Assembly (NCBI GenBank): GCA_001643675.2 | Contig: LSRY02000006.1 | Location: 1,178,001 to 1,242,000 of the forward strand | Direction: 5' to 3' | DNA length: 64,000 bases | Origin: Monocercomonoides exilis PA203 | Lineage: Eukaryota; Protista; Preaxostyla | Shown: in pieces, positions 11,401 to 23,179 of the stretch | Layout of the letters: every line of letters starts with the position of its first letter | Position numbering within the stretch: the stretch's first letter is position 1 | Made by a program: the position numbers and the translations under genes | The notes under the pieces: model-generated | Seen by the model: only the letters and a program-made list of their open reading frames with translations | What the model was told of the DNA's origin: nothing | Databases searched by the model: none

Positions 11401-14400
11401 CAATCCCAAACCCTTCTCTGTCGTTTGTTGCTCTCCCAAGCTCATCAATAACTATCAACGAACGGGATGTATATGATGATAGAATAAATGCAATATCACG
11501 CATTTCTGAGAGAAAAGAACTTGGACTTGAAGGATTAGGAAGGTAGGAAGAGATGCTTCCAGACGAACGATAAGACGAATTTGCAGAAGAAGAACGATAA
11601 GAATTTGAAGAAGCAGAAGCAGAAGAAGGGATTGAAGAAGAAGCTAGCAGATTTCGAGCCACTGCACCATAACTTGATCTTGTGATGCTTTCTATTCCTT
11701 CTTTTTCTCCAAGATGAGCAAAAATGTGATCAAATACGCGAAGAGAAGCAAAATCAGCTGGAATAAAAGAGCCAACCTGTGCAAGAATAGAAAGTGAACA
11801 AATGAGATGAAGAATAGAAGTTTTCCCACTCTAATTCGTTTGCAATGGAAATCATGATATTATCAATTTATATCCATTTGATCAAAACATGAATAGAGAA
11901 TAAATATTGGAAAAAAATTGAACTAGTCCAAAGAGAAACTTTGAATATAAAATTCAAACCATGTTCGCTCCACTAAGCAAGAGAATACTGCGCGTGTCTG
12001 TAATGAAGATGTTGTTTGGCACATACTCTGATTGAAGCATGATATCTCGCAAAGGATGACGTCCTTGCTTAACAGCTATCGGGCCATCGTATGTTAAATC
12101 AGGACGAACTGTAATATTTGAGAAAAGTTAAAGTGAATAGAAAAAAATGAAAATTTATACAGAAAAGATTGATAAACTTCAAATAACATTATGAACAAAA
12201 TACCATATCCTTGATAACTTGATGCAACAATGGCAAAGGAAACAATCATATCCAATAATGCAATGGACTCTGTCAGTCGATACAAAACACCAACATTAGC
12301 TCTAACATCATCCTCTAATGTCCTAACAATTCTATACATTAAAGCAATAGCGAAAACATTTTCAGAAAAAAACAGATATTTAAAATTAATAACAATAAGC
12401 TTTTTATTCAAATGAATGTAAATCAAACTTGTAACTATGAATTATGATATCATTCAGGCTCCTTCTGCATCTTTCGCCCAAGCTCGCCACTTCTTCTGTC
12501 GTACAGGATGTTCTCTTTGCACCAATTTTCACTCTTTGCTCGAAAATTGCGGGAAGATTTTTCACATCTTCGTTGCTGACTGACAGATAAACCCCTCTCT
12601 TAGCACCATAATGCATTCTGAGAGATGGAAGAGAATAAACCGATTGATACGAAAGCAGCAAAGAACGCAAGTCTTCCATTGTCTCTTCATTTACTTGACG
12701 CGAAACGTCAATGACAGAAGACACTTGTGGGCGAATCAAAGCAGCAAGTTGTGTAATTCCATTCCATGCACCACGGGTTGGGAATGCTGAGCTAACAAAT
12801 ATTCTTTTGTTAACGATAAAAAGGAAAACGTTTCGAAATATGAAGCAAAAGGGTTATGAATATTTGAATGTTTGAGTTGTGTTTTAAAAATTTTTGAATC
12901 AACATTGTTCTTCACAATGAAATATTATTTGATCAAACTGTTGAATTTTCTCTTTCATTTCCTGAAAGAAAGGTGCAGAGAGATTTGCGCGAATGCTGCA
13001 TATCAAAGAAGATTCAAAAGGTTTTAGCAACTCACACAAAGAAGGAAGCAATGTAAGTATTGTATCCAAATGCATCTGTTAATTATGCATTTCAATAAAT
13101 CAAAAAAGTCAAGAGATAAAAGTCATAATTAAGAGTATTTTGCAAATGATTGCATAAATAGAAGCAAATCAATTAACAGATTGAATATTAAATGAATTGA
13201 TAATTAAATATAAATTGCACACGAATGCACGTATTCCTCTCTGAAACAATGTCATATTCTCCTTTTTGTGTTGATACACAAAATGTGAGACAATCCGATC
13301 AAGATCTGGAATTTTTGAAAGAATAGCAGAGATTGAAGGAAGTAATGTATCAAAAGAAAAGCAGCTTGAAAACGTGGACGAAGATTTTGAACTCTCAGAG
13401 ATAGGCGTTGAAGATGGAGTTTCTGAAGGAGAAGTTGTCATCCTTTGCGGAAACTGCAACAACTCACCAACAGCGTCTAGTCGAGAATTTATTGTGTCGA
13501 GATCTGTTTAAAAGCAATCATTCATTAATTAAGTTTTCTATTTTCAAATTCCAAGCAAAAGCAAATTTAATTACCTGTTAAAGGCTGGATTAAAGATGAC
13601 CTTAACAATCGAGATCCCATTGCAGTTCCAGTGTGATTTAAAAAAGAAAAAAGAGATAATCCTTCAGAAGGAACCAGCTTTCTTATTTTTCCTAATCGTT
13701 TTTGTCCTGGAAAACTACCCTTATTTGTTGCAGCTTCTTTTGGTCTATCTCCTTGGATGTGCCCTGACCAATAACTACCACAATCCATTCTACGATTCCC
13801 ACAGTTCCCATTACCTTGACTCCTTACGACTTCAAGAACATCAATTGTCCTTCCATCCATAAGCATATGACTAGCCGGAGCAATGAAATGTATTTTTATG
13901 GATTTTGGAAAAAACACAATTGACGTTCTTATCTCAATGTATTTTAAAATGGCAGCAGCAGCTCCAAAAGAAAGATAATGAGAAGCTGAATACGCTTCTA
14001 ATGTTTTGGCATCATCTACAGTAAATTGACTTAACATGTGCATTCCTAGATATTTATATAAATCAAATCAAAAGAATTATCTAAGCAAACCAACAACATC
14101 ATTAAAAAATTTTCGAGACATCGGAGAAACAATTGCTTCTGGAAACATCCTTTGGAGAAGAAGTGAAAGAGGAAGATTTATTGCATTTGCTGGTAAAATG
14201 ATCTGTCAATTGTAATTCATGAAAAAATGAAAAAAAAAAAGAAAGACAAACTGCCGAAGGCTCAATTTGGGAAAGATGTAAAACAGTATAAGAATATGTT
14301 TGACTGTCAGGATATTCCAAGATTGATAGGTGAGCAAAATCTGATTTGAAACAAGCAAGTCCAATCTGAAAAAACTTTAAAAATTTTTATTTGTAAAGCT

Positions 14401-14610
14401 GTGTCATACCTCACGAGTCCGATTTTCAAGGATTGCAACAAATTTCTTGTTATCAGTTTGCTGATCCTGGCTTGTTGCTTTTTTGGTGAATTCATTTAAA
14501 AAAGAATAATCATCGGACTGAGTCTGAGATTTGTTTTCGTTATTTTCTGTTGTTGTACTTAAATAATCTTGCTCAATGTAAGAATTAAATGCCTGTGAAT
14601 TTTTCTTCAT
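8448..14610 (-). CDS. MSH4: Meiosis-specific MutS homolog 4, multi-exon (>10 introns), with a long low-complexity C-terminal extension
   Basis: No MutS domain I. N-terminal ENRTRE|IGLA...DSQTY; SLFSFLNHTGTAMGSRLLRSSLIQP; IALLDMIVSFA; GRHP; P-loop GANM|SGKT split by intron 11831-11959; AQVGSFIPA; SSFLSEM; IDELGRAT..EGFGIAWAVLE; FTTHY; ARIAGFP; MSH4-type C-terminal helix LGERILLLQHSSL...LRRYLIELK. Some internal exon borders are approximate. Confidence 0.9.
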
Positions 14611-14722
14611 ATTAAATATTAGCCCTTATAAGCTAATAAATACAACACTTAACGTTCTATTTTCATTCCTGCAATAATATTTTATATTGGGTTTGAAATG
14701 CCATTTTTATTTTTTTCATTTG
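14611..14722. promoter_or_regulatory. Very short putative bidirectional promoter (MSH4 / TmcB-like gene)
   Basis: Divergent ATGs at 14610 (-) and 14723 (+) have 112 bp between them. Confidence 0.5.
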
Positions 14723-17700
14723 ATGTTTGATGAAAAAAACAATTATTCTCTTCGAAATATGAATTTATTAAGTACTGAAAAAGAAACAAAAGTTACCTCA
14801 TTTGAGGAATTTATTTTCTCTCTCTTTTATCCTTTATACGATCAGGTATTAACAATTTCATAAAAAATTATTTTTTGCAAATAATTTACAAATTTTATTT
14901 TCAAAATATAAAGAAAAAGAAGCAGAGATCTATATGGCCCTTTGTTATGTGGTTGCTGGTGACATTACAACTTGTTGGATTATCATTTTATCAAGTTGAT
15001 GCTTCAACAGATAATATTACACTTGGAACTTATTATTCAGGCTTTTTTGATGGAAGCGTGTATCCTGTATTACTTGGACAAAATTTTCCTTATCTTATAT
15101 TCTCTGCAATATTCATATTAGTCTTTCTTATCATCTTGCTGGCAATTTGTTCAATTTTTTACAAGAACTTCTTTGGAGCACAACCGTGGGTTCTTGCATT
15201 TCTTCGTGCATCTTTCTTCGGAATATGTAATTTTATGTACATTCCATTTTTAGAGTTTTCCATTTCAACATTTGATTGCTACTCAAATAATGGAGGCTAC
15301 ATAACCCGTGCGGGTCATATTGACTGCTTCAAATCAAACGCACTTCAGATATCTTCTTTTATTTGTGCAGTAATTACACTCATTATGCTCGTGATGATGG
15401 TGCTTGCATATCATATATTTATTTTCAAACACAATCCCAAGAATGGTGGACTATTTTCATGTTCTTCAGGCTCATTCAGTGGGTTAGAAGTAATTCTTCA
15501 ATGCGTTTTAGTATTTGTGATGCGAATGCTACATGGATGGTATTTCTGGAGAGGATTTATAACCGTCGCGATTTCTATCTACTTGATATTATGTGCTTTG
15601 GACGACCAACCTTTTTACTCATATATGAGCAATGCTTTAATTGTCGTTAGATATTCAATGTTTGGCGGTATGCGTCTCTGGAACGAACTTGCACATCTTC
15701 TCGAGCGCATAATGAAAGAACAGAATGCAATCAATCCTGGCTACGTGTTTCCATTTGTCTTCTTTGCCGGCATTGTGATCAGTATTGGCACAACTATCTT
15801 TCTATGCTGGCTTTTGCGGTTCAAAAAAAAGAAGATGTGGCTTCTCAGCAAAGACGGGCATCCACTGGTGGATGTGAGCCAGATTGACCCTCCTCTGAAG
15901 AGTAACCTATCGTCGCCCCGCGCAATCGTACTGCCGCAGTATGGCCAATCAGCAGGCCCATCGCCTTCTTTCTCTCCTGTTAATTTGAATTCTTCTTCGT
16001 CGTCTTCCTTATCATCATCTTTGTCTTCCTCTTCTCTTTTGCCTCAAACACTTCCCAAGCTGAAACACGCACACCAAGTCGAGCCATCTCTGCGCTTCCT
16101 TCAGGAACGTTCATTTCGAACGCCACAGATGATGCTGTATGCAGACTATGTGTACCAGCAAGGCTTGCACAGACACCGCAGCTCGCCCCGCCTCCACTTC
16201 GACTATGCCTGTTTCCTCTTCTACTTCATGAAGAACCCGATGAAGTCCAGCGTCACGTTCCGCCAGCTGCGCCTGCTGTCGCCTCCGTTTGCGATGAAGT
16301 TTATTCTCACCTGCAAAGAGAAAGAGGCCGGGCGAGGAAACAATGAAGGCGGCTCCAGCGGAAGCGGAACAGAGCTGACGTCCATCATCTTCAAGAGCAT
16401 CCTGACGCACTCAGAGGAGCTACATGAGGAAGCAAAAGTTACACTGAGAGAGTTCTGGGAGAACATGACACTGCAGCACCCAAACTTCTCAGTCATTCCA
16501 TCGCAGCTCACTCGCATTGTTGACTCTGAGGAACAAGCAAGACAGGGTTTTGAAGAGCTGCTGAGGGCGCAACCGCATAATGTGCAGATTCTTCGGATGT
16601 ACGGGCAGCTGCTGCTGGATATCTATCACGAGGAAGATACCGCCGAAATTATATTTGCGCAGGCAGACCAGCTGGAAGAAGATTCAGCGACTTCGACTCA
16701 GATCGGGATGATGACAGCATCAATGACACTTCCTTTATTGGTGGATTCTTCCTTAGCTCAGTCCACAACACCATTTCAAATCACACAGGCAGGCACACAA
16801 GGAGGAATGCATGTGAATGCGGGCGCCATCCAGCCAGGAAGTGAAGGCAGACACCCAGAACTTGTGTCTTCGCCTTCGATGCCAGTGAACCAAATGGCAG
16901 CAATGATTTCTGGGGGTGTTGCACAGAAGGAAGGAGAGAGGAAAGAAAGAGAGAGAAGAAGGGGGATGAAGAAAAAAGCAAAGAAAAAGAAGAAAAACAC
17001 ACTGTCTTCGCAGTTTTCTGACTTTGTTGTATCTGGGAAAGCACTTAACAGAACACACGATATCTTCATCACTGCGATGATTGCAATAGTGTACTTGGTG
17101 TATGTGATTGTGCTGGTGACGTTTCTCTCCGTCTTTGTGCACGACACCGACAAATACATCGTTTCATTGCACAACCTCCGCTCGATGTGCACAATCTGCT
17201 CTTCGACAGCGCTCTTTGCCGTCGACTCGATGCAGATGCTTGTGCACGACAGAGACTACGACTGGCAGCGGAACGAAGACCCCACACTCACAATCGACAC
17301 TCTCTCAGAGCTGCAGCGCAGCATGCGCTCAAAGGCAGAGGACACAGCACTGAAGATACAGAGCACGTATTCAAACACAAAGAACACAGACGTGTGGGAG
17401 GAAGTCAGCATCCCCTTTTACATCATCTCGTTCAATGAGACCACCAACAAGATCATCAAAATGATTGAGCAGTCGCAGTCGCTGCTTTCGTCGATTGCGT
17501 ATCTGACGCAGAATGTCAGGCTGCTCGGCACTGTTGCAGAGCCGAAGAGCGAAGTGAGGCAGTTTGGCGAGCACCTCATCACAATCATCTTCAACTCGCT
17601 TGTTCCTGTGATCGATGCAGAAAAACTGGCGATGAAGAAATACGCTGACGACACGAACAAGATCTTCAACACTGCACTATCGACTGTGATATGTGCGGTG

Positions 17701-20700
17701 ATGGGAATCTCACTTGTGTGTGCTCTGCTTCTGACGATCCTGTTTGTGAACATGGTGAGGAAAATCACAAAGGCACGCTACATGGCGATGATCCAGCTGG
17801 TGGAGACGCCGAAGATGAAGATGCAGACAATCATCCGGTTTCTCGTGCAGAACGACAGAGAGCTTGACGAAGAATCAGATTCGAAGTCAGGAGGAGATGA
17901 AACAGCACAAATGATGACGCTTGGGTCAGATGGGATGCTGAGCGGTGGAGGCAGCGTTGGCTCTGATTCGGGGACAGGCGGAGGAAATGACTCGACCGAT
18001 GGATCAAAACAACATCACAGTGACTCACTTAGTCACAGCCATGTTCCCTTTTCAGTCTCTTTTTCCGGACAGCAGCAAATGCAAACATTCACTGAGGTGC
18101 AGGGTAGAACAGAGAGCATGCTGTCTGCATCGAACGCAACTCTTCAGGCACAAACAGTTCAGAATCGAATAACCAGCACAAATAGCAAAGAAGAGAGCAG
18201 AAGGAAAAGGCAGGATTCGATGGACGAGGGATCTCTACCTCCGCGTTCGATTCCAAACACCAGAAGGAAAGAAGGACTGAATCAAAGAATAAATGAAGGA
18301 ATGAGAAAGAGAAGTGGTAGTTACACTGACAGTGAATCGGGCAATAGAGTCGAAGGAGAAGGAGAAGATGAAGAAAGCAGCGATGCTTCGAAAATTAAGC
18401 GTCCAAATGCAATTGAATACAAAACGCATTTGAATGATGAACTGACAGCGCCTGCCAACAATCAGAGGCATCGTGCAGACAACTTCAGAGACTCTCATCT
18501 GTTGCACGCATCTTCGGCAATCCACAGGGCACATTCAGAAGACGAAGGGCCTGCTTCTTTTCACAGAGGAGCCGAACACTCGTTGTCGACAAAGGATTTG
18601 CATTCATCTGCACTTTCACACAACCAAGGCCAGTTTCGTCCACTACGAAAGATATTCTCGCTGACGCAAAGCACAGTTCGTTCTGGAGCTGATGGAGGAA
18701 ACAAGGGAGGAGAGGCGATTTATGCGCGTAACACTGGAAGTAATAACATGAAAATAGCACAAGCTGAATCAGAAAATCTCAAGAACTACGAAGCTTTGAA
18801 TAGAAAACGCGAAGCTGAAGAACGAATGCGCATGCAAAATAAAACAGCAGATTTGCGAGAATCAGAACGTCAAAGTGATCGAATTGTTACTTCATCGCTG
18901 TCTCAGTCATCATCAATACAGCAGCAAACGTCTCATTCCTCAAAAGGTTATTTATCACACAGTTCGATTGAAGAATCTGACCAAGATACCCACACGCCAC
19001 ATTCTTCGACAGGAGCAGGGGAGCATTATTCTGAATCAGGAGATGAGGAAGATGAAACAGGGGAAGATCATAATGAAGGAAGAGACAGCAGAGCAAATGA
19101 AAGCAATAACGAGTATGACGAAAGAGGAACAGAAGATGACTACGATGAAGAAGATAAAAATAAACTGGAAAGTTCTTCAGAGCAGCAGCATTCGTTCTCA
19201 GAAGAAGGGAAAGAAGAGAAAGAAACAGAGAACGATGTATATGATTCTTCAGATGCTCAAGATGCAGAATCAGCTAACTACGAATCACAGCAAAATGAAG
19301 AAGAAGAGCCGCAATACATTTCAGTTTCTGATCTTCCAGATTTCTCTGATGACAAACAAAACAAAGGCAAAGGTGCATCTCGCACTGTTACTGAAACAGA
19401 CATTGAAGAAGAAGACGTTGAAAAAGAAGAAGACGGCAACGAAGACTCAGAAGCAGGAAACGCATCTGACTCGAAAAGCGAGCAAGAAAGCGAGAGAAAA
19501 AATGAATACAGCAAAGACAATCATTACGATGGCTCTAAGAATGAAGATATGGATGACTATGAAAGTAACAATGAATGTGGAGATTCTGCAATGCAAAAGT
19601 CGTCAAATACGATTGATTCAGATAGCAATCACGACAACAATCGCAAGCATCCTTTCTATCGCTCTGAGACCACGCCTCAATACGATACAGTTCTGTCTGT
19701 TATTCCCTCTGGCATTTCTGAAGGCGGAAGCGGAATGACCACTGGATCACGTGGCGGGTCTCCTCACAACACGCATCAAACAGACGGAGGAGGAAATACC
19801 GGAAACGAAGCAGGCAGCCACCAGCATCCTCTTTCCAGACTCGACAGCTCTGGTGATGACTCTGTTATGATGGGACCAGGAGCGCTTCCTCACCAGACAC
19901 AGAGGCCGTGGACTGCAGATCCAACAAGCAGCCATTCGCCAGTGCCAAACGAGACATCTGAAGAGTCTAAACATACACAAAAGAGTCAAAAAACAAAGGA
20001 AAAGAAATCTTCTCATAAAGAAGAAAGAAAGAGGAGACAGAAAGTTGACAGCGCTTCGTCACAAGGCAACACTCCAAACACTTCAAAGGCAACTCCCACA
20101 CACCCACACTCAGAATCACTTCACTCTTCTCATGCAGACGCATCTCAGACAGATCGGCTCAGTGCAAAATCGCCCTCCCCCACTCTGACGCTGATCCTCC
20201 AGCAGCAGCAAATCCAGCAGCTCCAACTTCAATTGCAGCAGCAGCAACAGCTGCAGCAGATCCAGCAGTTGCAGATGCAGGAAGCTGCTCTGGGCTTTGG
20301 GATGATTCCTCAAATGAGCCCTCCACTTATGACATCTCCTATCAATCCAGCGCTGGGTGCATCAATGTCTGGATCACCACACTGGAGCCCACCAGCCTCC
20401 AACTTTATGCCTTCTCCAATACCTCCTCTTCAGTCTATCAGTCCAACTCCGAGCAGTATCATTTCCTCGGCTGCTAACTCTTCTTCTTCTCGTCCACTTC
20501 TATCTCCGATCCAACAGAACAACGGGAAAATAGACAAAAGGAGATCAAAGAAAAGATCAAAGCACTACCATTCCGATGTTCATTCGACGGAAAGGCATCA
20601 CATTTCGACTGAAAATTCACCACATTCTTTTGAAGGCTCGCTTCATTCACATCAGAATATGTCAGCATATGTTCCTTCAGCTTCTCCTATGTTTGGCTCG

Positions 20701-22515
20701 CCAGCTACTTCTGGATTTCCAATGATACCTATGCAATATCCAAACACATCGTTTAATCCTCCCCAGGTTCAGGCGCCTCAAATGACAATGCAGACAGTTT
20801 CAGAAAAGATTGAAGAAGAGTCTGCAAAGACATCCACTGCGATGAATGAAAATTTGCACCATCTGTCTTCTGCGAAGTCCACTGATCCGCTTATCAATCC
20901 ATCAGAACCTGTTTATTTAGGCCGCCATGAAGATGAAGACGAAGAAGATGAAGACGCTCATAAGTCAGATCTCATCCGCAATGCTTTTGACGATCACAAG
21001 TGGGAAGAAAAATTGAATGCAGAGATTGAAAAACTGGCAGTATTTTACAAGGAATTTCCTTCTCCGTTCACACGAGCAATGCGAGTGAAGTTCATAATTT
21101 CTGCGCTTCTGTTCATTGTTCTTGGTTCAGTGGTCTTAATAGTTGCACTAGTCATAGCCACATCTCACGATGCTTATCCTGACACCTTGATGATCTCTGG
21201 AATGCGCTCTGCTGTTCTCTCCACAATCCGCTACTTCTTCATTCGCATGGTACACATTTACGCAGCTGACATCTCAGCTATTGAAAATGTCAATTTCACC
21301 CGTTCAACAAATCCAGTGTGGAGGAACGAGACGCACGTCACATCCGACAGAGAGATGCTGAAGCAGCTGATGGCTGATTCGTCAGACTACTTCCAGACGC
21401 TGGTAATGGCGGTGCACTACGGCGAATCTGCAGACTCCAAATCAGGAGACAGTCTCTTCGATACAGTCTCAACACACCACGCATCGACCCAAATGAATGC
21501 TGACACGCTGCTACGCACAGGCTCCTGCTTTCTGGAAGACAGCACACGATGCAGCACAGAACCTGTGAGCGAGAGGATATTTGGCATTGAAGGCGATTAT
21601 TTCGGTGTAGAGTCGCTGCTGGCGAGAATGCGTCTGTATATTGACTATATACAATTCTATGACATGAATGAATTTCCGTTGCCAATTGATGCAAACTGTT
21701 CATATTTCAAGTTTATCAACTCGGCTTTGAAGAATGATCTTACACAAGGAAATGATGTAATCACAGATATTTTGTATGAGCAGGGCGTTGACTTTGTCAA
21801 AAACTTTAATAACACATTGACCATTGTTATAGTCATCTTTGCAGTGTTCTCATTTGGCTGGTTTCTGTTTATTGTTATTCCACTCCGAGGCTCTGCAATG
21901 AAGCTCCATCGAAACACAGATCGACTCAAAGATCTCTTACCAACAACCAACGAAGAGAAAGAGATGAAGCTGATGCCAGCTATGCAAACAGGACTTGTGA
22001 AATGGGATACAAACCACGAGAAAATCATGGAAGCTGCACAGACAGTTGTTCAAAGCATTAAAGAAGGGGAAAGCATTTCAATCATAATGCAAGCACATCA
22101 GTCTCTTCTTCATCTTTGCAAGAATATATTTGACAGCGAAGAAAATGACATGCTTGAAGCAGAGATTTTGAGTGATGACGAACTTGAAGCGCACAAAAGA
22201 GAGCATCTTCTGATCAGGCAAAGATTATCAGTGCTTTACGAGCAAATGCAGTCTTGGAACGATGCGATACTGATGGCATCCAAAAGGTCCCTTGTTCGAA
22301 TATTTGACAAGCATTTCACTGTCGATGATCAAATGTTCACTCGATATCAAAATGTGGCAGAGGATTCAGTCAACGACGAGGAGCATTTTGATGAAAATCT
22401 CTCGTCAATGATTGTGGGGGATATCAGAGGGATGAAGGCGGATAATTCAGAAGTCGAGCAGAGTGCAGAAGGTCGAGCAATGGAAGGAAATAGTGACGAA
22501 TCTGGTAAAGATTGA
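14723..22515 (+). CDS. TmcB/TmcC-like polytopic membrane protein (~2574 aa) with a TPR-like helical region, two TM-flanked extracellular domains and a C-terminal hemerythrin-like domain
   Basis: Exon 1 (14723-14845, ...FEEFIFSLFYPLYDQ) splices across intron 14846-14913 into ORF 14875..22515. There are about 8 N-terminal hydrophobic segments. YADYVYQQGL..H, LREFWENM and FEELL..QPHN.QILRMYGQLL.DI match what I recall of the TmcB/TmcC-family helical region. Further TM pairs lie near 17070-17750 and 21090-21880. C-terminal motifs are TG...WDTNH, F..EE..M, HKREH and HFTVDD. Confidence 0.75.
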
Positions 22516-23179
22516 GATTATCAAGATTAGTTGCGTTGAAAGTTCCTTTCAAACATTTCACGTGCGCTGCATTTCATGAAAAATGCCTTAGTATTTAAGC
22601 ACTTCAATAATATTTAGCCTCTATTCTTCACGAATTCTTGAATTCACATGTGGATTTTGTTCTATAGATAGATGTATATTTTTCGCTTTTTGTTTCATCG
22701 CTTATGAATATTTTCGATAATTCTTTATGTTTCTTGTATGATCGTCTTTGTTTTTTATTGTGCATAGACACAGAATATTTCTTATTTCTGTTCTGTGATT
22801 TCACACATTAGTGAATGTTATGTATTTTCAGAACAAACATTTTCTTTCATTTATCTTTTCAATCACATAACTATTTTCGTTTATGCCTTCAAAGCAATAA
22901 TTTTTCACAACAGCATCGTTCAAAAGCAATTCTTATAATTGTTTTCGTATTGAAGTTTTTGTGTCCAAACCTTTAAGCTAATGCGATCGCAATTTATAAG
23001 TTTTTATTTTTCTATTTTTCATTTTCACTTGTTTTGTCCAAAACAAAAAGATTTCAAACAAATTGTTCAAAGACGTAAAACTTAAGTATAACTGCATAAT
23101 TATTACATTGAAAAAGAAATGAAACATAAATATTTTACGAAAAATATTTAAACTTAACCATTTCACAAAAAAGATAAAT

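Noticed and set aside
18875-19738. 287-aa alternative-frame ORF inside the TmcB-like gene
   Set aside because: It is a frame-shifted reading of purine-rich acidic codons (K/M/T-rich) with no independent features.
21180-21245. NarX/PilJ P-box-like sensor motif (MISGMRSAVLS) after a TM helix
   Set aside because: The resemblance is too weak to call without a profile search.
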